DNA of 64,000 nt from contig NC_059428.1 of the NCBI RefSeq assembly GCF_021028975.2, forward strand, positions 150,536,001 through 150,600,000, written 5' to 3'. Position 1 is the first letter of the stretch; each line of letters opens with the position of its first letter. Positions 37,490 to 50,196 of this stretch are shown here, piece after piece. This DNA is from Sphaerodactylus townsendi (Eukaryota). The position numbers were made by a program, and so were the translations under genes. The notes beneath the pieces were generated by a model, which worked only from the letters and a program-made list of their open reading frames with translations, was not told where the DNA came from and made no database searches.

Positions 37490-38904
37490 CTTTAAACTGT
37501 TCTTAAATCAGAGCCCCCACCCATCCACCATGGGTCAGTCTGGTAACAACGCAGGGACCCTGGAACCATCTCATGGGATTAAAAATAACAATTTCTCCAG
37601 TATGCTACAATCAATGGCTGAGCCTGGCTGAGCTCTTGCAATGGGAAATGACGACATCTTCTAGCGAAGCTGTACATAACTTCCAATAATGCCTGCTTTT
37701 TATTCTACATTCCGTTTGACAAAATTTTTACAATTTACTGTATTTGAAGTTCTGATCTCAAATATAGTTATATCTTACATGCCCTCCAGGCCAATTTTTT
37801 TTTCCAGCAGTCAGATCTTCTTCCTCTTGCATCCGCGAGAATTAAATCCAGTTCATTAAACTCTCTTTAGAAAGTTAGGAAAGTAAGCCCAGATGAAATG
37901 ATTATCACAGCAGGACATGTCTCAGGATAAATGAAGAATTTTGATAGGAAAGAGAGCAGCGCTGGGAAAAAAAACATCCTGCGGAACGGCAAGATTAATG
38001 TGCCTTTCAATGCTGTCTTTAACCAAACTGTTTTAAAATGACATTTCTTCTTTCTCTTTTAAATCAGCAGTGGGGTTTGGGATGGGAGAGTTTTAATAAA
38101 GTGCAAGGGTCAGATATGGTTATGAATCTCTCATCCACCTGTGGATCAAAGTGTCTGGGTGGTGGCAGAGATGACACCATGCCCCCCCTTCTTCTCAGTT
38201 TCCCACAGGGTCAAGCCCATCAACCATCAGGGCTACTGGGGTGACCAAGGAGCCTTGTGAAGAGCAGTACACCAGCCAGCTGATCAACAGCAGCTGGTCC
38301 TTTAAGGCTTGGGTGCCCACTGACAGCTGGCCCTCTGATAGCCAGTGATGTGACAGTCACCTGTTGAGAAGCTCCACTCTGAGGCTGGAGAAGGAAGGCA
38401 ATGGGGCAGAGGATGCCGAAGAGTTGCTATTGTTCTCACAAGCTGGGCCACACCCTTGGAAGGCTTCTGGGTCCAGGGAGGCAACTGAGCATGCCCAAGT
38501 CCTGGCTGAGGCTTGAGGTTAGAAGCCAATGAGGACAGATCACCTTTGGCGCCCAGCTCAGAAGGGAGTACAGGTGGATTAGGGTGGGACTCAAACCTGA
38601 CCAAATGAAAGGAATGGCTGATCAGCCCAATTAAGCCCTGGTGCATGACAACTGGGTCTGGGCTTTCTACACAAAGCTGCTGCCAAATTCCTACAAGAGG
38701 GAGCTGTAGATTCAAATAGGAAGACTCAACTTTGCCCCCCCTCAAAACAACAACCAATACTACTTAATTCCCACTGTTTCAAAACACCCATTCCCACTGT
38801 TCCAAAACACGCAGTTCCCCCTCCCCCAGAGGAGACAAGATAACAGGATTCCCTCAGAAGCAGGAACGCACCTGGGAGCTCACTTTCAAGGAGAAAGAAG
38901 AGGC

Positions 38905-39170
38905 GTTGTTTGGATTTACATCCCGCTTTTCTTAACCAGAAGGAATCCCAAAGCGGCTTGCAAACTCCTTTCCCTTCCTCTTCCCACAACAACAGTGAGG
39001 TAGGTGGGGCTGAGAGAGTCCAGAGACAACCGTGACCCAGTGTCACCCAGCAGGCTCCATGTGTAGGAGCAGGGAAACAAATCCAGTTCAGCAGATTAGA
39101 GCCCGCCACTCATGGGGAGGAGCAGGGAATCAAACCCAGTTCTCCAGGTTGTAGCCCCCAACTCTTAACC
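38905..39170 (-). mobile_element. Older Squam3-type SINE
   Basis: Diverged reverse copy. Confidence 0.75.
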
Positions 39171-40344
39171 TCTCTTAAACAGCCCCATTTGCCCTGGTCT
39201 TCCACTACTGATCAGAGTAGTCTGTGTTTGCTTTGCACTGAACAACAACAACAAAAACACACACAAGGGATCATTTGTACACAGGAAGAGAAAGGCGCCT
39301 GCAAGCCCCTTGTACTTGGGAGAGAAAGATGGGATATAAATCCAAACTCTTCTTCTTCTTGGAGTGTTGTGGGGTTTCCAGGTTTGGTCACTTTCACCTC
39401 AGTGAGTCACGTTTCTTATGGAAATATTCAAGAATCAACTAGGAATGCCTTCAAACAATACATGAACCTCACAAAGCAAGCTGAAAGGGCTTAAGCCCCA
39501 GTTTATATGGTTGGGAACCAATTGTGCTGTGGTAGCAGTGGAGGGCCACACTGCTATTAGGGGTACCCACACTGGCAGGAAGAAATGCTGGTGTCCCACC
39601 ACCCCACAGCTCTGCGGCAGGAAATTATAGAGTCATGACAGAATGTTTAAACCTTTTCCTCTTTCAGCCTTTCTAATTTCTGCTTTGCGATCACTTTGTT
39701 TTTTTGTACTGCTAAGAATTTCAGAAATATCTATAAGTCCAGGCACGTCACTACATTGTTCCAATAAATCTTCTAATAAAATTAATTGCATTGATACCGG
39801 AACATTTTACATTAAAACACGAGACACATCTTTGCATCTCACAAGAAAATAATACCGGATAAAATTAAACTTGAATGAAATATTACTTTGTAACTACTTA
39901 ATGCATTAACAAGTTCATAATAAACAGCGCCGAACATAAAAGAATAAAGTTTGAAGGGATTAATGTTTCATCCTTCTTCATTTGGGACTCGATGTTTGGA
40001 GACAATAGTGTTACCACAATATTTTTAACAATTTAATTACAGTGATAGAACTGCATCATAATTTCCATTTTGAATTTTTTTTTTTTAAAAAAAGCATTCA
40101 ATTGCAAAGCACAATGTGGGACTACGTTAAAATTAATATTCCTGGGATTAAAGAAGTACAAATGCTCGGTTTCCAAGCTAGTAAGAATTCATGAACACAG
40201 AGGAGAAAGGTTGATGTGATTATAACATGGAAACAGTACATGTTTTACAGTAAGCTGTGACAGTGGATCCTGACAAATTTTTACGGCACAAACGTTCACG
40301 CATAATGTCATGAGCAACAGCACAGAAATGATCTGCTGATATAG

Positions 40345-40479
40345 CTGGTTCTGGTAGGTTTTCTGGGCTGTGTGGCTGTGGTCTGGTGGATCTTGTAGCT
40401 CCACCAGACCACGGCCACACAGCCCGGAAAACCCACCAGAATCAGTTGAATCTGGCCATGAAAGTCTTCGACAATACAT
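40345..40479 (+). mobile_element. Minimal Penelope-like hairpin insertion
   Basis: 46-bp arms (40345-40390 and 40400-40445) plus tail gaaagtcttcgacaatacat; 12-bp TSD tgctgatatagc at 40334-40345 and 40480-40491. Confidence 0.85.
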
Positions 40480-41324
40480 TGCTGATATAGCGTTCAACAT
40501 GCATGTCGATAAGGAGGGCAATCACGGCAAGTTCTGCCGCTTATCACGTTTGTGTTGAAGTTTTCATCATCCCTAATTATGTTTTCACTTTTGCAATTAG
40601 CCCATTTCAGTAGGGAATCACGTGGGCTGCAAAGCAGCTCCTTGAAGGAGGAAAATAATGGGGTGGGGGTGGGGGGAATGCTGCCAGGAGACAGCATGGC
40701 TTCACTTCTGGGAAACACCTGCAAGTGGTATCAGTCTGGTCTAAGAATTGCCAGACACTCTGATTTTGCCACAGAGAGGTCACTTCTAGCTTTACATCAC
40801 ACCATCACCTGACTTGGTGCCCACCTCAGACTCATGCCAACTGACAGTCACTGGCTGGCAACGCTGTTCCATGCCCCTGTTGGTAGGACAAGAAAACCTC
40901 TGGAAGAGGGAGAAGCAGACAGGCTGAGAACTCTGCAGTGAACAGAAGGTGAACCGAAAGGTGTCCAAAAGGTGAACACATTCTCCACAGCTACGATCCT
41001 ATCATTTCCTTCTGTATGTCAGTCAGGTTTGTCTCAGGGTCCTCTCAAACCAGTAAGGATGCCCAGCGTGTGGAAAAACAACTGGTGGAGTAAAATCATC
41101 AGCCCACTTTCTTTTTCCTTAAGAAAAATCTGCATATGGGGTTGCCATGTTGGGGACAGGAGATCTCTACACACACCCCAGCAGACTTTGCCTGTTAGCA
41201 CTCTAGCAGCCAGCAGGAGAAAGAAGACAAACTTTAAATGCTGCCAGCAGTAGCATGACATTACTTCCAGGGAAACTGAGGATTGACATCAGTCCTCTGT
41301 AACAATTGCAAAAAAAATAATAAC

Positions 41325-41492
41325 AATCTAGATTCAAATTCCCACACAGTCATGGAAGCTTGCTGGGTTACCGTGGCCAGCCACATACTTTCAGCTGAAC
41401 CTACCTGATAATAAAATGGGGGAGGAGAGAGGGTTGTAAGCCACTTTGGGTATCCACTGGGGAGAACAGTGGGGTATGAATGAAGTAAATAA
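41325..41492 (+). mobile_element. Old MIR/Squam3A-like SINE remnant
   Basis: B box, gctgggttaccgtggccag CORE-like segment, tgtaagccactttggg...taaataaa tail. Confidence 0.6.
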
Positions 41493-41619
41493 AGAAGTCA
41501 TCGGTAATGTCACAAACCTCAACTTGAAACTCTGGCAAGAACAAGGGTCCCAGGCAGTACAAAGCTGCTTCCCACATGGCCAACAGAACACATCATCTTT
41601 TGGCACAAATTACCGCCGA

Positions 41620-42197
41620 TAGCGTGGCGTAGTGGTTAAGAACAGGTGCACTCTAATCTGGAGAACCAAGTTTGATTCCCCGCTCTGCCACTTGAGCTGT
41701 GGAGGCTCATCTGAGGAACCAGATTAGCTTGTGCGCTCCAACACACATCAGCTGGGTGACCCTGGACTTGTCACAAGTCTTTGGAGCCCACTCAGCCCCA
41801 CCAACCCCTCAGGGTGCTTTTGGGGGGGAGGGAAAGGAGATTGTAAGCCCCTTTGAGTCTCCTTACAGGAGAGAAAGGAGCCATGTGGCATAGTGGTTAA
41901 GTGCTTGCACTGCCACTCACATGGTCAGGAGTTCGAGTCCCCTGTGGGTCAGATATCCTGGTAGCTGGCTCATGGTCAACTCAGCCATCCATCCATTTCT
42001 TGGTTGGTAAATGAGTACCTAGCTCATAGCTAGGGGGTAAAGAATAGCTGGGGAAAGCAATGGCAAACTACCGCACAAAGAGGCTTGCCTATAAAATCAC
42101 TGCTCACAGTGGTACCCCAGGGTCGAACACAACTGAAGGAGAAACTGTACCTTTACGGGAGAGAAAGGGGGAATATAAATCCAAACTCTTCTTCTTC
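41620..42197 (+). mobile_element. Squam3-type SINE split by a Sauria SINE
   Basis: Body at 41620-41878 resumes at 42158. Confidence 0.88.
41879..42157 (+). mobile_element. Sauria (Squam1-like) SINE
   Basis: tRNA head (gtggcatagtggttaag, gagttcgagtcc), ggtcaactcagcc..catcc..ggtaaatgagtacc core, BovB-like aatggcaaac tail ending acctttac; TSD ggagagaaagg at 41868-41878 and 42158-42168. Confidence 0.88.
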
Positions 42198-43304
42198 TCC
42201 ATAGCTGGAGAACAGTGACTTCCAAGGCTAGATTCCAGTATGGCCACTCACAGACAAAAGCTGTGCCAGCAATTCCTAAGCTATATTCCCCATTTCCGTG
42301 ATCCCAGCTGTCGGGATGCTGGTGAACACCTGCCCTGAGAGGTGAATTGATATAATTCAAGTGGCACAGCGAGAAAACGCTCCTCCAAATCCAATCTTCT
42401 CCAAACCTAAAATTTAATAGACCTATGAGAACATTTTTAAAAAGGGCATCACATGCTTGACAAGCTACCCTGATGATCTGTAAGATTTAAGCCCCTTCCT
42501 GAAACTGCCCCCGTTTCAACTTTGATTCTCATGGTTAGCACACACTGTGAGTCTACAAATTAAATGAAGGAACCTGCACTCACTAAAATTCATTTGAGAT
42601 GAAATGAAAATAAAATACTGAGCAAGATCTCAGTTGGAAAAGGTCGTAATGAGCCTCGGCAATTCTAAAGCCGTACTCCCTTGACTATTTACCAGCACTA
42701 ACAATATCTTGAGAGAATTTATCAAGTATTTAACCTTCCTCCATACGTACGTTATACATCCTTTCACCCCTGGGAGGCAAAATGGAAACACTGCTCAGAA
42801 GAAGCAAAGGGTACCGTATCTTTCTGCCATTCTCCCAGATGGGAATGGCAAGATTTCATAAGCTGCTGAATGGAACAGCAGGCCCTTCTAATATTGATTT
42901 AATCCCCAAACACTAAGTAGAACAAACTGCTCATCACAGGAATAGTCTCTTTATCCTCTAGCTGTTAACTGTAGCATGCCAAGAGTTCACATTTCCCAAG
43001 TAAAGGGCAGACTGTACATCAGAAAACCAACCTGTTACTGCCTAGTGTACATTTTGGCAGAAACCTTACATTCAAGATCCGGAAAGCCAACTCAGAATTG
43101 TGGTGAGCCGAGTTTACATTTTCCAGCCACCTATTTTTGTGGAATTTTTCTCTGCGTTTTGTATTCCTCCTCAGTTTTTGCTTTATTATGATAATTTCTA
43201 AAATTGATTTTGCAAATGGACAACATATGTTGGGGCAGCCTTCAATTTCCTTTTTTCATTTGTAGTCTCCCCCTTTTTATATTATGAGTACATACGTCTG
43301 TTTA

Positions 43305-43705
43305 TTCACTTAATTTATAACCTGCCCTTCTCTCCAATGAGAACCCAAAATAGCTTACACATTTTTCCTTCACAGTATCCTCACAACAACCCTGTAAAGT
43401 AGGCTAGGCCATGATGGGCTGAGAGTGTGTGATGGGTCCAGTTTTACAAGATTTCATGACTGAGGAGGGATTCAAACATGGGACTCCCAGATCCTCAGTG
43501 GTGTAGCACCAACGGGGTGGTGGGGTGGGCGCAATGCCTTGGGCGTACACCTGTGTGGGGGTGTGGCCGGATTGTGGAGGGGACGTTCCAGGGTGAGGCG
43601 GGGGCAGGTGGGGGCGTGGCAGAGTGCAGGGTGCATGCGTGCCCCAGGCACAGCTCCATCCCTGCAGATCATAGAACAGCACTCTAACTGCTGCACCACG
43701 TGGCT
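43305..43705 (-). mobile_element. Old MIR-like SINE interrupted by a GC-rich hAT-MITE fragment (~43496-43665)
   Basis: cctcacaacaaccctgt...ggattcaaac...cccagatc | cagtggtgtagc... | ...actctaactgctgcaccac. Confidence 0.55.
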
Positions 43706-46123
43706 GGTCTGTATGACTGCATCTGATATTTTTTCAGATGCTAGTGTTTTCCCAAAGTTCATGTGCCTCAGTTGTGCAGAGGCAAAGCAGCATATTAAAA
43801 GGATTGCGATACAGTGGTATGTGCAGTAGGACTGATTCCCAGTGGCCAACTGAGTGGTGGAAGGAAATGGGATGAGGGGAACAGCATCATGTGAAGCTGC
43901 AACATCACTTCCACCTAGGAACCTGCAAGTCATTACGCCACATATGCCACAACGCTAGATGGGAATTATCCAAAAAATTGAAGGCCGAAAAAGAACTTCT
44001 GAGAAAGCTGTCAAATGTGGTTTTAAAAAACCTATACCTTTTAATTTCCATCAATAAGCTTTTTAGCTTTATTTTACCTTGCTTTCATGAGCCATGAGTT
44101 CCCACTGTAACTCTCTGGTCCTTAGTTTTTCAGGATTATGGATCTTTTTATATTTTCAGGGAAAAGTAATTGCAGCAACACAAAAATTATTATTGCTGAT
44201 TGTATCATTAGCGAACCCGCTGCCAGTAATCAGGTAGAATAAAGCTTTTCGCCTTGTTCAGTCCCTTCACGGCTTTGAAACAAGGACATCCAAAAATAAA
44301 TCGTCCCACAACAAACTAATCAAATGCAAATTCCAGTATTCACAGGACAAACCTGAAATAGGGAAAAAAAATGCAAAACATTTCATCTGAATCAAGAGCT
44401 TCCTTCCATCAAAAAACAGAAACGGAGACTCAAGCCAACGCATCACTTAATTATTCCCTTTATACCCAAGTCAAATCCACATTATCACAATATTACAAAA
44501 GTCATCTGCTAGCTGTTCTTCAACCCGCTTTCAATCATGCTATTAATTAAGAACGAGAAACTCGCAAAAACATTTCAGCTTGCGGATGTTACCTGGGAGT
44601 GAAGGAAAGGAAGGCAGTTTGGGGCCGGGTGGTACAACGGACAGACGGTCAGATCTTCCTTTGATAAGATTCAGCATGCCTTCGGTAAACAGACCAGAGT
44701 TTGGCAAGTGGTGCGGAGTTCTCCGGAGGGATTAGACGCCTCAGTACCAGCTCCGACATCAGATGAGAAAGGTCTTTCAATTACTAAGGGGCACAGACAA
44801 ATTATATCTGCAGACCCGGACTAATCCTCTTCATAATGGAATGTGCTCTGATAGAAGGTGCAACCTGAACTCTGAACCGCTGACACCCTTTTCCCTCATC
44901 GGAAGAAAAGGTGGAGAGTTCCATGGCGCCTGGAGGAGGTACCCCCCCCCCCCAAAATGTTTGAATATTTATTCTGAAACACAAGTTCTTTTCCAGCCTC
45001 GAAAGGCAGCAATGAGTGCTTACCCACACGGGAAGAACATAAGTTCACAGGACGTAAATAAGTGTATGTCTTAAAGGTAATCAACCTGGATCATCAATCC
45101 TATGGAGCTTTTGGAGGTGGGGTCAGTACCTATATGACACACTGTCATTCTAGCAATCCCCCAAAATGATGTGTACCAGAAATGATACTTCATTGTCACC
45201 TCAAAGTCTCTCTCTTTCTCTCTCTCTCTCTCACACACACACCCCCGAGACGGAAGCCATTCTTCACCTTGCAGTAGATGGGCTATCCTCAGTGACAGGC
45301 ACCTCCCCACCTCCCCGCAATAGCGCAGTGCATGTCTGAGAACGATTTGTGCAGTATACAAGCCCACACATGAATGGCAGTTAAAACTGGCAAAGTGCCT
45401 TTTAGGACTGACACCATTTCTGAAAGAGTGAAATTAAGCAAATATACCATGCCTGTCATCTAACAGCAGATTTCACAGAACTTCACACAGTTACTGCCTT
45501 TTGAAAACCTATTGTTTGGATAGCAATTTTAAATGTGTGTTACATAATGCCCTCAAAAGACACAGCTACCAAAAGGCATGCAGAGATAGAGATTTGTATT
45601 TCTGATCTAAAGTACCCTTACATTAGAGTGTGCCAGAGTTTGCAAAGCTCTGCATCAGACAGCAATTATACTCCTGGGGGGATCCCTCCCCGCCCAGTCA
45701 CATCACACATGGTACAGTTGAGGTAGGTTAGTATTTTTTTTTAAGAAAAGAAATATTTCACCACCATCAGAGTTTGAGCCAGCAAGGAAATGTGTTATAT
45801 TCAAATGCTCTGTATCTCCATTTATACAGTATTACCACAAGTTAGGAAAGACCAGATGTAACCACCACCAATTTTATGTTGTTGATTTGGATACTCCTGA
45901 TATGTTTCTATTCAGGACAGTCAACTGTAACATTCAGGGATAAGGACTGGCTTTGCCTTGGAGTCTGGAACAGGAAGAGCAAGAACAAAGATTCCCATCA
46001 TCTCTAGGTGTCTATCAGCCCCATCCAGGTTGCGGGGTGAGGGAATTCCCTCTTGGGAACAGCAGGTAGAATAATAAATAACACATACATTGTCATGACA
46101 ATTGGGGGCAGACCTTCAATCTC

Positions 46124-46190
46124 AGAATCATAGAGTTGGGAGAGACCCCAAGGGCCATCAAAGCCAACCCCCTGCAATGCAGGAACACAC
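46124..46190 (-). mobile_element. CR1 3' terminal fragment
   Basis: agaatcatagagttgg...agggccatc matches the CR1 end at 55380. Confidence 0.75.
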
Positions 46191-47640
46191 ACTGGTTGAT
46201 CTCATTTCTCTCCAGGATCGGAGACAAAAAGTAGCCCATGGGGAGAGAGTTTTGACACAACACCCTTTGGTGTCTGGAGTCCCCGAGTGAACATTCCTCT
46301 CTCCAGTGGTCTTTAATATCTATATGTGCCACCTCATCCAGTTGATTCAGAGTTTCGAGCTGGGAGCCATCAATATATGGATGACACCCAGCTATATTTG
46401 ACGATAGATGGTCAGTCGGGCACCATCCCACATACTTTGGCCAGGGGTCTGGAGAACATGCTGAAGTAGTAGAAACAGAGTTGGCTGAAACCAAATCCAT
46501 CAAAGATAGAAGAAACCTTGTGGCAGGGTCAGGAAGGACTAGATTAGGGATTTTGCCTCCAGACTCTGGATGGGGCTCAATGTTTACCAGCTACCTCTGT
46601 CAGGAGTTTGGATGAGATCCCAGATGCCTCACCAGCCTTGGAGGCTCAGATCACAGAGACTTTCAGGAAGGGATTTTACCATTCTCACCAGCCCCGGCAG
46701 CTGACACCCTATCCATCCTGCCCTGCCCTAGCCGCAATGATCCATGCAACCGTCATCTCCAGACTAGACGTCTGCAATTCGCTCTATGCATGGCTACCCT
46801 TGAGACTGCTCCAGAAATCACAACTGGTTCAGAATGCAGTGGTGCAGGTCCTGCAGTGGTGTAGTGGTTAAGAGCATTCTAATCTGGAGGAACCCGGTTT
46901 GATTCCCCACTCTGCCACTTGTGCTGTGGAGGCTTATCTGGGGAATTCAGATCAGCCTGTGCACTCCCACACACACCAGCTGGGTGACCTTGGGCTAGTC
47001 ACAGCTTTTCAGAGCTCTCTCAGTCCCACCCACCTCACAGGGTGTTTGTTGTGAGGGGGGAAGGGAAAGGAGATTGTAAGCCCCTTTGAGTCTCCTACAA
47101 GAGAGAAAGGGGGGATATAAATCCAAACTCCTCCTCTTCCTCCTCCTCCTCCTTCTTCTTCTGGAGACCCCTGGGAGAGCACACAGGCATTGACTCCAGA
47201 TGAAATTCAGGATCAGGTTCAAGGTTTTGGGGTTGACTTTTAAAGCCCTAAATGGTCTGGGACCATTATATCTGTGGGACCATCTCTCCCATTATACCCC
47301 TCAGAAGAGTGCTGTGCTCAACCTGAACCAACTCCACAGCCAGGGCCACAGCCTTTTCAGTCCTGGTCCTAGACTGGGGGAACTCTCTGTCAAGTGACAC
47401 CTGAGTCCTGTGGGACTTGGCTCAGTTCCGTAGAATTTGCAAGATGAAGATATTACACTAGGCCTACAATTGAGGACAACGATGGTTGTTCATCAGTTGG
47501 CCTCCCCTGCGGACCCTCTGAGGCCTGGTATCCCCTGCTGTTTCCTCTGCCTCCTACCAATCACCCACAGGATTTCTGATTTGGTGTCATTTTTGAAGTC
47601 AAGGTAGCCACCCTGAACCTGACCCTGGTTGGATAAAAAT
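46190..47640 (+). mobile_element. Degraded L2 LINE (RT to 3' UTR), interrupted by Squam3
   Basis: Remnants of GVP...LSPVVFNIY, HQY.DDTQL, IHATVISRLD..NSLY..LP...QKSQLVQN and FRIRFKVL.LTFKALNGLGP.YL. Confidence 0.8.
46852..47161 (+). mobile_element. Squam3-type SINE
   Basis: Forward copy with (CCT/CTT)n tail nested in L2. Confidence 0.9.
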
Positions 47641-48520
47641 TGAATACCTTTTTTTAAAATGTTCTCTTATGAAAGCAGCTGTGCGGGTTTAATAAGAAAG
47701 TCTCTACGAAGCCTAATCAGACCGAACCAAAAGTCTGAAGTATTTGGAAGCTGCTGCTTTAAACACTGGTACAATGCAAATATTTAATCATTTGTCACAA
47801 CAAATGTTTTCTGCGACGATGTTCCTTTGATGACTTCACACTGATTTCCTACAACACATTGGTGAAATGAAAAGCAACTTCTACTGAGCACGTTGTTGAA
47901 AAACAGTAAATATTTTCTTGTTTCTGGCTGTTCTGTCTACTCGCAGAGGGTGTTTTTAACAATTTCTACCAAATCTTCTAAGACAGGCCTTTGCACTGCC
48001 CGGTCTGAGCTACCCAGAGGCCAATATCAAGCTACTCCATTCACCATCATTCATATTTCATCCTTTCATTTCATCAAGGCTGAAGTGCATGTCCAAATCG
48101 AGTCAACATTTAATAAACTCTAAGTATTGACTCTGGAGGAATCCCACTGAGCCGGTGCTCTGGACCCACACTCAAATTCAGCAAAATTGCGCTCCAAGAA
48201 ACCATTTTTCTTTCAGCTCATTTTTAAAGCCCTGCTGTGTCTTACAACTGCCTCCAGCCATCAGTTGCTGTAGCACGATATATCATTTGAATGACAATTC
48301 GGAAAGCGGGCCAGATGGCTGCATAACCCAAAACCACAGAGATGTTTCCAAAGAGCAAAAACTATTAATAACCTAAATAGTGCACTCTGAAAGCCGTGGG
48401 GGGATGTTTGTGCATTACCTTTGATGCTTGTGCTATTATTACGAACCCGTGTGAATCTGAGGTTAACCTCATATTCCACTAGGTCAGACGATATAGGGAT
48501 AACTGAAATACATTCTAGTG

Positions 48521-48666
48521 CAGTGGTGGCGAACCTTTGGCACTCCAGATGTTATGGACTACAATTCCCATCAGCCCCTACCAGCATGGCCAATTGGCCA
48601 TGCTGGCAGGGGCTGATGGGAATTGTAGTCCATAACATCTGGAGTGCCAAAGGTTTGCCACCATGG
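48521..48666. mobile_element. URR1-like palindromic hAT-Charlie MITE
   Basis: Near-perfect 146-bp palindrome centred on ggccaattggcc; 8-bp TSD ttctagtg at 48513-48520 and 48667-48674. Confidence 0.93.
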
Positions 48667-49318
48667 TTCTAGTGGCATGGTACTTCACTCTCTCTCTATG
48701 AACAAGAAACCTGTCACAAAGTGGAGGTGGGGGGATCCATTTTACCCGAATCTCATCTCTAGCCAAATGGGCTGCATCACTCAGTCTTTTCTCTCCAGTA
48801 GTTTATGGCAGGAGCAGGGCTGCCCAAGTGATAACTGCATTTGTTGTTAAGAGAAGAAAAATCCTCAGACAGAATACAATTTGGTTATGAGAAAAGAGAG
48901 GAAATAATGTTCTCTAATGAGTATCAGTCAACTTCTGAGTTCGCCAGAAATGTGTTGCTAACCCACCTGAACAATTAACCTTATCCACTTAGACCTTGTG
49001 AACACTGAGCATACACGCTTTTCTTGCAGCCTTTGGAGCATAGGCTTCCCACCACCCGGACTATTTGAGCTATTTGTTTCATGGAGACATGACGGATATT
49101 GCCATTTTGACAAATAACAACATTGTAACGCAAGTGCAAGAGGAGCCCTGTAAGCACACGTTCATTCCTTGAGGGAAATCAGAACGGATGGATACATTTT
49201 TACAAGCCTCTCCCGTGTTTACATTACAGCCTTGTCTCTTCATTCTATGCCACGGGCAGCTAATACAGAGTTTCAAAATATAAATGATTAGGGTTTTTTT
49301 TAATGAAATAACAACACT

Positions 49319-49647
49319 GTATTGTCAAAGGCTTTCACAGCCAGAATCACTGGGGTGTTGTGAAGTTTCCAGGCTGTATGGCCGTGTTCCAGTAGCATTT
49401 TTCTCTTGATGTTTTGCCTGCATCTGTGGCTGGCATCTTCAGAGGATCTGGTGGTAGTAAAGCAAGTGGAATATATACACCTTCTCTGTCCTTTTACCAA
49501 ACATAGTCTTTGGAGAATGCACATATACTCCACTTGCTTTACTAACATCAGATCCTCTGAAGATGTCAGCCACAGATGCAGGCGAAACGTCAGGAGAAAA
49601 TGCTACTGGAACACCGTCATACAGCCCGGAAAACCCATAACACCCCA
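49319..49647. mobile_element. Penelope-like fold-back insertion
   Basis: Inverted arms ~49350-49477 and ~49523-49647, tail on the left; imperfect TSD aataacaacact / aataagaacatt. Confidence 0.88.
49553..49595 (+). ncRNA. Minimal type I hammerhead ribozyme motif (Penelope-associated)
   Basis: tcct-CTGAAGA-t-gtc[agccacagatgca]ggc-GAAAC-GTC-agga: helix I tcct/agga, helix II gtc/ggc, helix III reduced to the palindrome ACGT. Confidence 0.7.
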
Positions 49648-49910
49648 ATAAGAACATTCATTTGCCCAAACCATAAATAGGTGAAGAAACTTCACAGAAA
49701 CAAGCCTGGTCCAATCAGGACCCATTTAATCATGCAAATGTGTTTCCATTTTGTAAATTACATAAATATGGCAGCCAGTATGACTGCCAACTCTATCTTG
49801 GGAAATTCTGGAAAAAGTTGAGGATGGAGTTTGGGAAGGAAGCAAAGATAATAGCAAGGAGAGATCAGAGGATTGGCTGACAAATGATGGCAAATGTCAC
49901 ACCTACTGGA

Positions 49911-50196
49911 CAGCAGCAGTGGCATAGTGGTTAAGAGCAGGTGTACTCTAATCTGGAGGAACCGGGTTTGATTCCCCGCTCTGCCGCCTGAGCTGTGGAG
50001 GCTTATCTGGGGAATTCAGATTAGCCTGTACACTCCAACACCTTAGGCTAGTCACAGTTCTTCGGAGCTCTCTCAGCCCTACCTACCTCACAGGGTGTTT
50101 GTTGTGGAGGGCGAAGGGAAAGGAGTTTGTAAGCCCCTTTGAGTTTCCCTATTGGAGAGAAAGAGGTGGGGATATAAATCCAACTCTTGTTCTTCT
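49911..50196 (+). mobile_element. Squam3-type SINE
   Basis: Forward copy with small deletion. Confidence 0.9.

Noticed and set aside
35839-37495. Long overlapping ORFs (440, 279, 196 and 165 aa)
   Set aside because: They lie in a GC-rich non-autonomous hAT element, have low-complexity composition, show no domain motifs and are open on both strands.
41879-41950. tRNA genes at SINE heads
   Set aside because: Only A and B boxes are kept; no full cloverleaf, and each continues into a SINE body.
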